From positions 157,102 through 221,101 of the forward strand of contig CBDAOC010000017.1 of the NCBI GenBank assembly GCA_965197925.1: a stretch of 64,000 bases of DNA, in the 5' to 3' direction. A program made the translations under genes and the position numbers. Below are positions 55,479 through 64,000 of the stretch, piece by piece (the first letter of the stretch is position 1; every line of letters starts with the position of its first letter). Origin of the DNA: Nitrososphaerales archaeon. Lineage in GTDB: Archaea > Thermoproteota > Nitrososphaeria > Nitrososphaerales > UBA213. The notes beneath the pieces are model-generated. The model did no database searches, was not told the origin of the DNA, and was given only the letters and a program-made list of their open reading frames with translations.

Positions 55479-56174
55479 TCATAATTTGGATTTGGACCTA
55501 CCCTTGCGCATAGACTTTCTTGCTTCTGTTATGAGTTCTGTAAGTGCATTGAACGCTTTTGCCACATCATTCATGTTAACTAGCATTATCGTATCTGTAT
55601 AGCAACTAATTGTATCTTCAATATTCACATGCCTTCTAGCTAATTGATTATAAAATATTAAGGCACATCCCGATGTCTTGATAATATCTTCTGGACTCTG
55701 AACTATTATGGCAGCGAGGTTGTTTTCAACCTCAAGTGTATCATCTTCATCGAAAAATCTCCTCATTTTTTCGAGAATTAATTGATCAAAAATCAAAGTC
55801 ATCGAATTGATACTTTCGGAGATGCTAATGAAGCTGTCATTATTTTGGGTGAGTGGTTTTGCAATTTTCTCTATGGTTTTCTTGTTCTTAAGAATTGATA
55901 ATTTGGCAACATCAGTTCTAAGGCTAATCTTACTCCCTGCCACTATCGGCTCTACAGAGTTGTTAGGCAACTTGTAATCCACCCTGGTTCTTTTAAGTGC
56001 TGAAACTATGCTTTCTAGGCTGATATCTGTGCCAGCTATAGAATCTATACTAGGTTTAATTATTCGAGCGATCCCACTCAGGTTGCAATATCCCCGCTGA
56101 ATTGCATCTTGAAACGATAAATCATTATCTATGATTGCCTTTACAGATTTTGTTATATTCTTCTTGGCCAACAT
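55479..56174 (-). CDS. ACT-domain putative regulator divergent from argG
   Basis: N-terminal GYCNLSGIAR HTH-like region; C-terminal ACT-like ISCYTD. Confidence 0.75.
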   Translation of the reverse strand: MLAKKNITKSVKAIIDNDLSFQDAIQRGYCNLSGIARIIKPSIDSIAGTDISLESIVSALKRTRVDYKLPNNSVEPIVAGSKISLRTDVAKLSILKNKKTIEKIAKPLTQNNDSFISISESINSMTLIFDQLILEKMRRFFDEDDTLEVENNLAAIIVQSPEDIIKTSGCALIFYNQLARRHVNIEDTISCYTDTIMLVNMNDVAKAFNALTELITEARKSMRKGRSKSKL

Positions 56175-56249
56175 TGGTCGTCTTATCCTAATATGGGCTA
56201 TTCTTGGCCAAAAAATATAAATGTAATGTTTAGCGCTGGTTCAGTATTC

Positions 56250-57446
56250 ATGGCAGATAAGGTTGTACTTGCTTACTCAGGTGGTCTAGATACTTCTGTT
56301 GCGATTAAATGGTTACAAGTAAAGTATGGATTTGACGTCATCACTGTTACTGTAGACGTTGGTCAAGAGGATGATTTCAAGGCCATGGAGGAAAAGTCAA
56401 AGGAAATAGGAGCGATAAAACACTATCACTTTGATGCCACAGAAGAATTTGCTAATGATTACATAATTCCATGTATCAAGGCTAACGGATTGTACCAAGG
56501 AAAGTATCCATTGGCAACCGCACTGGCAAGGCCTTTGATTGCAGCAAAAACAGTTGAAGTAGCCAAGAAGGAGGGTGCTGACACGTTGGCTCACGGGTGC
56601 ACAGGGAAGGGCAATGATCAGATAAGGTTTGATATTACTATGAAGTCTTTGTTGCCTGGACTCAAGATAGTTGCTCCCATTAGAGACATGAATCTTATAC
56701 GTGATGATGAGATTAAATTCGCACAGAATCATAACATTCCTATTAGCATTGAAGAACACAAGTATAGTATAGATCAAAACCTTTGGGGAAGGGCTGTTGA
56801 AGGAAATATAATAGAGGATCCAAACTATGAACCACCACTAGATGCTTTCCAATTGGTGAAGACGCAGGACCTGCCAGACACGCCAGGTTACATGGTTATT
56901 GAATTTGAAAATGGCGTACCAGTGGGGATAGATGGCAAGTTGATGAATATAGTTGATCTTATCAAATTCACAAACGAAAAGGCGGGTTCTCATGGTATAG
57001 GGATAATAGATCATATTGAAGACAGAGTGGTTGGAATAAAATCAAGAGAAGTTTACGAGGCACCAGTGGCAACTTGCTTCATTGAAGCCCATAAGGATCT
57101 AGAAAAACTAACCCTAACAAAACATGAATTAAGATTCAAACAAACAGTTGATGAACAATGGGCTTGGTTGACCTATTCTGGTCTTTGGTTAGATCCGCTG
57201 AAAAATGATTTAGATAAATTTATAGATGCTACCCAAGTGCGGGTTTGTGGTAGTGTAAAGCTAAAGATGTACAAAGGTTCACTCCGTATAGTTGGAAGGG
57301 AATCGAAATACTCACTCTACGAGTCAAATGTAGCAACGTACGGCGCAGGATCAACCTTTGATCAGAGTCTGGCGAGGGGCTTTGTTGAACTTTGGGGACT
57401 ACAGTCTATATTTGCAAATGAAGTAATTAGGAGGAAAGATGCGTGA
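56250..57446 (+). CDS. argG: Argininosuccinate synthase
   Basis: LAYSGGLDTS, HGCTGKGNDQ, SIDQNLWG, GIKSREVYE; start moved to 56250. Confidence 0.96.
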   Translation: MADKVVLAYSGGLDTSVAIKWLQVKYGFDVITVTVDVGQEDDFKAMEEKSKEIGAIKHYHFDATEEFANDYIIPCIKANGLYQGKYPLATALARPLIAAKTVEVAKKEGADTLAHGCTGKGNDQIRFDITMKSLLPGLKIVAPIRDMNLIRDDEIKFAQNHNIPISIEEHKYSIDQNLWGRAVEGNIIEDPNYEPPLDAFQLVKTQDLPDTPGYMVIEFENGVPVGIDGKLMNIVDLIKFTNEKAGSHGIGIIDHIEDRVVGIKSREVYEAPVATCFIEAHKDLEKLTLTKHELRFKQTVDEQWAWLTYSGLWLDPLKNDLDKFIDATQVRVCGSVKLKMYKGSLRIVGRESKYSLYESNVATYGAGSTFDQSLARGFVELWGLQSIFANEVIRRKDA

Positions 57447-57622
57447 TGGTAAAGATAAAGTGCAATGAATGCGACAAGGAACTGAATGTTGCTGATGATT
57501 CTGTAAAAGGCGAAATAGTAACATGTCCAGATTGCGGTTCAGACTATGAAATTGCGAGTATAGAGAACAACGATATTCAACTGAAACCAGCAGAAAAAGT
57601 AGGAGAAGACTGGGGAGAATGA
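57446..57622 (+). CDS. lysW: Amino-group carrier protein LysW/ArgW, copy 1 (not in ORF track)
   Basis: CxxC...CPDC and C-terminal EDWGE. Confidence 0.95.
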   Translation: MVKIKCNECDKELNVADDSVKGEIVTCPDCGSDYEIASIENNDIQLKPAEKVGEDWGE

Positions 57623-57623
57623 G

Positions 57624-58481
57624 TTGTCTGATATATGCTTAGTATACGATAGGGTTAGATGGGAAGAGAAGGAGTTATATGAAAAGGCCGTCAATCTTGG
57701 GCATACTTGCAAGATGGTAGATGCTAAGACTCTTGCAATTAGTACTAATGACGGAAATAAATCATACAGTTTTGGTGATGTTGTATTACAAAGATGCGTG
57801 AGCTATTATCGTGGCTTGTATATAACGGCATGTCTTGAATTCTTAGGTTTCAAGGTGATCAACGCATATTCAATCGCAGAAATTTGTGGTAATAAACTTC
57901 TGACGTCGATCTTGCTTTCCAAGTGCAAAATTCCAACGCCAACTACTCACTTTGCATTTGGTTCTGAGGCTGCTGGTGATGTTGCTGATAAGCTGGGATA
58001 TCCAATAGTTCTTAAACCCATTGTAGGTAGCTGGGGAAGGATGGTCATACCTGTCAAGGATAAGGATGTCATGGAAGTGATGGTAGAAATGAGGGAAGAA
58101 ACAACAAACCCACTCAATAGGCTATACTATATTCAAGACTATATTAACAGGCCCCCTAGAGATATTCGAACCATTGTAATTGATGATAGGATTGTTACAG
58201 CAATCTACAGATACTCGGCCGAAGGAGAATGGAGGACAAATATTGCACGTGGAGGAAAAGCTGAATTATGTCCAGTAACGAACGAATTAGAAGACACATG
58301 TATAAAGGCATCAAAAGCAGTAGGAAGTGGGATACTGGGTGTCGATTTGATGGAAGATGAAAAAGAAGGTTTACTAGTACACGAGATCAACAATACCGTG
58401 GAGTTCAAGGGTGCGTCTATTGTTAGCGAAAAAGACATAGCTGAAGAAATAATAAATTATGCATCAAAGATGAAAAGGTGA
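57624..58481 (+). CDS. argX: LysX/ArgX ATP-grasp ligase (probably ArgX by position)
   Basis: RWEEK, LQRCVS, KPIVGSWGR, WRTNIARGG, EINNTVEF. Confidence 0.8.
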   Translation: MSDICLVYDRVRWEEKELYEKAVNLGHTCKMVDAKTLAISTNDGNKSYSFGDVVLQRCVSYYRGLYITACLEFLGFKVINAYSIAEICGNKLLTSILLSKCKIPTPTTHFAFGSEAAGDVADKLGYPIVLKPIVGSWGRMVIPVKDKDVMEVMVEMREETTNPLNRLYYIQDYINRPPRDIRTIVIDDRIVTAIYRYSAEGEWRTNIARGGKAELCPVTNELEDTCIKASKAVGSGILGVDLMEDEKEGLLVHEINNTVEFKGASIVSEKDIAEEIINYASKMKR

Positions 58482-58485
58482 TTCT

Positions 58486-59538
58486 ATGAAGGTTGGAGTA
58501 GTTGGTGCCTCAGGTTATGTTGGTGGAGAATTGTTAAGATTACTTGTGTTGCACCCAAAAATAGAGTTGAGCGTCGTAACATCCAGACAACATGCTGGTG
58601 ATTATGTACATAGGGTGCATCCAAGCCTAAAGGGTTTTACAGAACTTGTTTTTTCTCCCCTTGATGTTGACAAACTTGCAAATGATTGTGATTTAATATT
58701 CATCTCGGTACCCCATGGTAAGGCCGTTGAGTTAGTGAAAAAATTGTATGATGCTGGAGTGAAAATCATTGATTTAAGTGCTGACTATAGGCTAAAGAAT
58801 CCCAAAGCTTACTTGGAATATTACGAATGGGAACATCCACATCCGGAACTTCTTGCGAAATCAGTCTATGGTATTCCAGAACTGTACAGGGATAAGGTAA
58901 AAAATTCACAGCTTGTATCATGTCCGGGTTGCATGGCAGTGACATCAGTGCTCGCGATTGCACCCTTGGTGAAGAACAATTTGATTGACCTGAATCATGT
59001 TATAGTTGACAGTAAAATAGGTTCTTCTGGTGCAGGTAGAACACTGTCAGCAGGAACACATCATGCTATGCGTTATGGCGTTATAAGACCGTACAAACCC
59101 GTCAAACACAGACATACTGCAGAGATTGAACAGGAGCTGGGTTCAATCGCACAGAAAGAAGTTAGGGTGAGCATGAGCCCTCATGCTGTTAATATCGTAC
59201 GAGGAATTTTGTGCACCAATCACCTTTTTCTAACAAAACAGATCACTATTCAAGAGTTGTGGAAGATGTACAGGAACATGTACAAGGGCGAACCATTTAT
59301 CAGATTCATAAGGGATACCAAGGGTCTTTATAAATATCCAGACCCGAAGTTCGTAGTCGGTTCAAACTTCTGTGACATAGGCTTCGATGTGGATGAAAAG
59401 AATGATAGGTTGGTAGCTCTATCTGCCTCCGACAATCTCATGAAAGGTGCAGCTGGTTCTGCAGTTCAATGCATGAATGTTATGCAAGGGTTTGATGAGA
59501 ATGACGGTCTAAAGTACACTCCGGTAACTCCCGTGTGA
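58486..59538 (+). CDS. lysY: LysW-aminoacyl-phosphate reductase (LysY/ArgC)
   Basis: GASGYVGGE, DLSADYR, PGC, HRHTAE, DNLMKGAAG. Confidence 0.92.
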   Translation: MKVGVVGASGYVGGELLRLLVLHPKIELSVVTSRQHAGDYVHRVHPSLKGFTELVFSPLDVDKLANDCDLIFISVPHGKAVELVKKLYDAGVKIIDLSADYRLKNPKAYLEYYEWEHPHPELLAKSVYGIPELYRDKVKNSQLVSCPGCMAVTSVLAIAPLVKNNLIDLNHVIVDSKIGSSGAGRTLSAGTHHAMRYGVIRPYKPVKHRHTAEIEQELGSIAQKEVRVSMSPHAVNIVRGILCTNHLFLTKQITIQELWKMYRNMYKGEPFIRFIRDTKGLYKYPDPKFVVGSNFCDIGFDVDEKNDRLVALSASDNLMKGAAGSAVQCMNVMQGFDENDGLKYTPVTPV

Positions 59539-59543
59539 ATTGT

Positions 59544-60347
59544 ATGATTGTAATCAAGATTGGCGGTAGCATTGTCGATGGTTTACATGAGAGTACAATA
59601 CCTGATCTTAAGGGTATTATTAGCCAAGACCGAGTGGTGGTGGTTCATGGAGGGGGAAAAGAAGTTACAAATATAGCTGAAAAGCTCGGGAAGGAACAGA
59701 GGTTTGTAGTATCCCCCGGGGGAATCAAGAGCAGATACACCGACAAGGAGACTGCACAGATCTATACGATGGTGATGTCTGGTAAAATAAATAAGGAGAT
59801 TGTCATGATGCTACAGAAACATGGGATAAACGCAGTGGGCTTGGCTGGAATAGACGGATCCATAATAAAGGCAGATAGAAAGAAAAAGCTAATCATAGTT
59901 GATGAGAGGGGAAGAAAGGTAGTAATCGATGGTGGTTATACTGGAAAAATTAATGGTATTAATACATCGTTGTTAAATATGATCACGGCGGATGGATACG
60001 TAACAGTAGTTTCGCCTGTAGCATCAAGTGAGGACTTTGATCTCTTGAATGTAGATGGGGATAGAGCTGCTGCATACGTTGCTGGAGGTATGAAGGCAGA
60101 TCGCGTCATTTTTTTAACAAATGTTATCGGACTTTTGATGGAGAACAAACTTGTTACTCAACTGACCGTTAATGAAGCGAAAAAAATACTACCACAGATT
60201 GGTTTCGGTATGGAGAAGAAAGTACTGGCATGTACAGAAGCTTTGAGCATGGGAGTAAAGGAAGCTATAATTGCGTCTGGTCAGATAGATAATCCAATCT
60301 CATCTGCATTAAAACATGATAATTGTACGGTGATAACTAGTGAGTGA
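59544..60347 (+). CDS. lysZ: LysW-aminoadipate/glutamate kinase (LysZ/ArgB)
   Basis: KIGGS, VHGGG, SRYTD, NVDGDR. Confidence 0.92.
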   Translation: MIVIKIGGSIVDGLHESTIPDLKGIISQDRVVVVHGGGKEVTNIAEKLGKEQRFVVSPGGIKSRYTDKETAQIYTMVMSGKINKEIVMMLQKHGINAVGLAGIDGSIIKADRKKKLIIVDERGRKVVIDGGYTGKINGINTSLLNMITADGYVTVVSPVASSEDFDLLNVDGDRAAAYVAGGMKADRVIFLTNVIGLLMENKLVTQLTVNEAKKILPQIGFGMEKKVLACTEALSMGVKEAIIASGQIDNPISSALKHDNCTVITSE

Positions 60348-61518
60348 AGAGGACAAGTACTCGGCGAATGTGTATCAACGTTTTCCCGTAACATTGGCAA
60401 GGGGTAAGGGAGCAAAGGTTTGGGATGGCGACGGGAGAGAATATATTGATTGTATGGGAGGATACGGCGTAGCACTCGTTGGTCACTCTAATGACAAAGT
60501 TCTCAGGGCAATAAAAGAACAAGCAGAGAAATTGATAACATGTCATAGCTCATTTAACAATGAAACTAGAATTGCATTCATGCGGAAATTAATTGGAGTC
60601 GCACCGAAAGGGTTGGATAAAGTATTCTTCTCTAACAGTGGTGCTGAAGCCGTGGAAGCTGCAATCAAAATTGCTAGAAAGTACACCAAAAAACACGGTA
60701 TAGTGGCGATGATGGGTTCATTTCATGGAAAAACGACGGGAGCACTGTCAATAACCTATGCTCAAAAATATAGAGAAGCCTTTTCTCCCCTACTCCAAGG
60801 GATGAAGTTTGTTACTTTTGGAGATGCGAATAAACTTGAGAATGCTATTGAGGATACAACAGGCGCTGTGATTGTAGAACCTGTGCAAGGGGAGGGAGGC
60901 ATAAATGTAGCACCTGATGGTTATCTGCAGAAGGTCAGAGAGATCTGTAATAGCAAAGACATAGCTCTGATATTTGATGAAATTCAGGCAGGTCTTGGCA
61001 GAACAGGAAAGTTATGGGCTGGAGAACATTGGAATGTGACCCCTGACATTATGTGTCTAGCAAAGGGCATTGCTGGTGGTGTACCGATGGGTGCCACATT
61101 AGCAAGGCATGAGCTAATGGATACATTGAAGCGTGGTGAGCATTCATCAACATTTGGAGGCAACCCTCTAGCATGCGCAGCAGGACTTGCTGCGTTAGAA
61201 TGTTTAGTGGATGATGGTCTTGTGAATAATGCAAGTGTTGTAGGAAAATATTTCAAGGAAGGTTTGTTAGCATTGAAAGACAGACATAAAATAATAAGAG
61301 AGGTAAGGGGCTTGGGTTTGATGTTGGCAGCTGAATTAAGATTTGATGTTAAGGATTTATTGTTTGATGGGATAAAGGAGGGATTATTATTACTTTATTC
61401 AGGAAAAAACATAATCAGGCTGTTACCTCCCCTGGTCATTGATGAACATACAGTGTCAAATGCTTTATTAATTATGGAGAAGTTGTTAGGTAAGGAAGAG
61501 GAGAGAAGAAATGTCTAG
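60340..61518 (+). CDS. lysJ: LysW-semialdehyde aminotransferase (LysJ/ArgD)
   Basis: NSGAEA, FHGKT, EPVQGEGG, DEIQAGLGRTG, AKG, STFGGNP. Confidence 0.92.
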   Translation: MSEEDKYSANVYQRFPVTLARGKGAKVWDGDGREYIDCMGGYGVALVGHSNDKVLRAIKEQAEKLITCHSSFNNETRIAFMRKLIGVAPKGLDKVFFSNSGAEAVEAAIKIARKYTKKHGIVAMMGSFHGKTTGALSITYAQKYREAFSPLLQGMKFVTFGDANKLENAIEDTTGAVIVEPVQGEGGINVAPDGYLQKVREICNSKDIALIFDEIQAGLGRTGKLWAGEHWNVTPDIMCLAKGIAGGVPMGATLARHELMDTLKRGEHSSTFGGNPLACAAGLAALECLVDDGLVNNASVVGKYFKEGLLALKDRHKIIREVRGLGLMLAAELRFDVKDLLFDGIKEGLLLLYSGKNIIRLLPPLVIDEHTVSNALLIMEKLLGKEEERRNV

Positions 61519-61933
61519 CGTTGATAAGATAGACGAAAAGATGCTTAGAATACTAAGGGAGGATTCAAGAAAAGCTTTTGTGGAAATAGCTAAACAAGTT
61601 GGTTTATCAGAATCTGCAGTAAGAAGAAGAGTAAAGAATCTTGTTGATAGAGGAGAAATAAAGAGGTTTACGGTTGAGCTGGGTGCAAGTAACAAGACAA
61701 GTGCTATCACTTTAATTTCTGTCAGTCCATCCACAGATACCTCTAAAGTTTCTGAAAAACTAAAGTCACTTCAAGGAGTCGATGTCGTGTATGAGATAAC
61801 TGGTCAATATGATATAGTGGCAATAGTAAGTGCACCTGCAATTACTGAAATAAACAAGTGTATAGATGATTTGAGACGCATTGAAGGTGTGGATGATACT
61901 AATACTGTTATAATTCTTAGGACTTTGAATTGA
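61511..61933 (+). CDS. lysM: Lrp/AsnC regulator LysM
   Basis: HTH GLSESAVRRRV; YEITGQYD; position in the cluster. Confidence 0.85.
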   Translation: MSSVDKIDEKMLRILREDSRKAFVEIAKQVGLSESAVRRRVKNLVDRGEIKRFTVELGASNKTSAITLISVSPSTDTSKVSEKLKSLQGVDVVYEITGQYDIVAIVSAPAITEINKCIDDLRRIEGVDDTNTVIILRTLN

Positions 61934-62213
61934 ATATCATAATTAGCTTTTCCAATCATGAGATTATCATCTATCAAAATTTACAAATTTACCACTCTAT
62001 TTGCTTGTCAAAAATAATAACATTCTGCTTATACCCTCATTTTTTCAATTGTGAACAAACAGATAGTTGGAAGCAAACTGATTTCGGTATTTAATTTATC
62101 CCGATCACGAATTTCATTATTTTTGTATCATATGTATACTCATATCGCTGTGTTAAATTGGTAAATATACTACTTTAGGAGCGAAAATTGTAAATAAGCT
62201 GTGAGGATGTGCT

Positions 62214-63410
62214 ATGTTAGCAATGCAAGATCCGAACTACTTCGCTAACCTCTACAACGAGATGGATAACAATGGCATCAAGCATATCAACATACTTGAT
62301 AGTACGCTAAGGGAAGGTGAGCAGCATCCAGGGGTGTCGTTCACGAACAAACACAGAATTCAGATTGCATGGATGCTTGATTATTTTGGGGTTGATCAAA
62401 TAGAAATCAGTCCTATCATATCTCGGGATCATGAAGAAGCAACCAAGACAATAATTAAAGCCGGTCTTAGTGCAGATATAGTTGCACATTGTAGGGCATT
62501 AAAAAAAGACATCGATGTTGCGTTAAGATGTGATGCAGAATGGATGGCAATGTATCTTGGAATATCTGACATTCATCTTAGTACTAAACTTAGGATCAAT
62601 AGACAGGAGGTACTTGAGCGATCCGTTGAAGCTGTTGATTATATGAAAGCTCATGGCCTAAAGGGTAGATTTACAGTTGAGGATGCCAGCAGGGCAGATC
62701 CAGTGTATTTAAAAAATATATGTAAAGCCCTAAGCGATGCTGGCGTCGACCGTATAAGCATGCCTGATACTGTTGGAATAATGCGTCCAAAAGGTATGTA
62801 CAATTTTGTCAGAACGATCAGGGAAGTTATAAACACGCCATTAGATGTTCACTGTCACAACGATATCGGTTTGGCGTTAGCAAATGCACTTGCGGGTATA
62901 GATGCTGGTGCGGATCAGATACATGTCACAATTGACGGGGTTGGAGAAAGAACCGGTATACCATCATTGGCAGAAACTGCCCTTGCGTTGAAGTTACTTT
63001 ATAACTCTAAGAATGATTATAGATTGGATATGTTGAAAGATCTTTCGAGATTAATTGAACAGTACACGAACATTCCGACTAATGAATCGAAACCCATAGT
63101 TGGCGAGAGTGCCTTCAAGCACAAGGCAGGCACGCATCTAGCTGCTGTTTTAAGAGATCCCGCTGCATATGAGATTATGGAGCCCCGTATAGTTGGTAAT
63201 AGAAGGAAGATAGTGTTTGGAGAGCTTGTTGGAAAGAATGGAGCCGCGTTTTTGCTATCGCTTCTTGGTATGGAGGCAAAGGTAGATGATGCCCAGAAGT
63301 TCGCTCAGGGGCTTAAGGAGTTACGAATGGGTGACGTGTTAGAAATATTCTTGGATGAAAAACTTGAGAAAAGGATAACTAATACTAAATCCGTAGGAAT
63401 CACGGAGTGA
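62214..63410 (+). CDS. Homocitrate synthase
   Basis: DSTLREGEQ, HCHND, GERTG, HKAG.H; no LeuA regulatory domain; upstream of lysW-lysX. Confidence 0.85.
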   Translation: MLAMQDPNYFANLYNEMDNNGIKHINILDSTLREGEQHPGVSFTNKHRIQIAWMLDYFGVDQIEISPIISRDHEEATKTIIKAGLSADIVAHCRALKKDIDVALRCDAEWMAMYLGISDIHLSTKLRINRQEVLERSVEAVDYMKAHGLKGRFTVEDASRADPVYLKNICKALSDAGVDRISMPDTVGIMRPKGMYNFVRTIREVINTPLDVHCHNDIGLALANALAGIDAGADQIHVTIDGVGERTGIPSLAETALALKLLYNSKNDYRLDMLKDLSRLIEQYTNIPTNESKPIVGESAFKHKAGTHLAAVLRDPAAYEIMEPRIVGNRRKIVFGELVGKNGAAFLLSLLGMEAKVDDAQKFAQGLKELRMGDVLEIFLDEKLEKRITNTKSVGITE

Positions 63411-63418
63411 ATATAGGA

Positions 63419-63586
63419 ATGGTAAAGTGTACAGAATGTGATGGTGAAATAAAAACTCCAGAAGATGCAATCGAAGGAGAAATTGTAACATGTCCTGACT
63501 GTGGAAATAGTTATGAGATTGTCAAGACTGATGAAGGGTTTAATATAAAACCTGCACAAGTGGTTGGCGAGGATTGGGGAGAGTGA
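63419..63586 (+). CDS. lysW: LysW, copy 2 (not in ORF track)
   Basis: CTEC...CPDC...EDWGE. Confidence 0.95.
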   Translation: MVKCTECDGEIKTPEDAIEGEIVTCPDCGNSYEIVKTDEGFNIKPAQVVGEDWGE

Positions 63587-64000
63587 GCAATAAACTCACT
63601 ATACTTTATGATAGAATTCGATGGGAAGAAAAAGCGTTGTATGAATCAGCAAGGAAGAAAGGCATTGATGTTACAAATCTAAACTGTAATAATTTATTTA
63701 TAGATCTTTCCAAGAGTATGACTGAAGATCTTGGTATAGTGTTGCAGAGATGTGTGAGTTATTTTCGTAGTTTACATTCAACTGCAGCACTGGAAGGTGA
63801 AGGGGTCAGAGTAGTAAACCCTTTGCATACGAGTATAATGGCGGGTAATAAGCTATTTGCGCATATGAAGCTTAGAAAAGTGAACGTCGCAACACCGAGG
63901 AGTATGTTAGCATTTTCCATGGAGTCCACTTTAGCGGCACTTGATAACCTAGGATATCCCTCGGTTCTGAAACCGACGGTGGGAAGCTGGGGAAGACTTG
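63583..64000 (+). CDS. lysX: LysX ATP-grasp ligase, partial at the window end
   Basis: GTG start; YDRIRWEEK, LQRCVS, KPTVGSWGR. Confidence 0.88.
   Translation, partial: MSNKLTILYDRIRWEEKALYESARKKGIDVTNLNCNNLFIDLSKSMTEDLGIVLQRCVSYFRSLHSTAALEGEGVRVVNPLHTSIMAGNKLFAHMKLRKVNVATPRSMLAFSMESTLAALDNLGYPSVLKPTVGSWGRL

Overview
AT-rich archaeal genomic DNA, most likely Nitrososphaerota/Thaumarchaeota. This is inferred from the LysW-dependent arg/lys cluster, rpl39e-rpl31e, the adh-lsrF pair, the stand-alone atpF, TATA-type leaderless promoters and the MNKLxIP...ASTVH secreted-protein family. About 1-24.1 kb is an IS-riddled accessory region. It holds surface proteins, DsbA, a DUF7482-type protein and many pseudogenes. 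It also contains a defence-like island: hicB-hicA, an EVE-domain nuclease, a GC-rich type ISP R-M gene split by three -1 frameshifts, and a TcmP-family gene convergent with one intact and one truncated spore-photoproduct-lyase-like radical SAM gene. About 24.1-64 kb is mostly core metabolism: atpF, adh-lsrF, ilvBN-leuA-leuB, glnA, ilvA, htrA, a GT2, rpl39e/31e, a metF-like gene plus split metE, and argG-lysW-argX-lysYZJ-lysM-HCS-lysW-lysX. IS remnants, MITE-like elements and pseudogenes are scattered through it. The best candidate for an undescribed system is the TcmP + SPL-like radical SAM module. Also notable are an EEKPK repeat array that controls the length of the L31e tail, a candidate structured RNA and a possible intron-bearing tRNA 3' relic. 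All family calls come from motif recognition; no searches were run.
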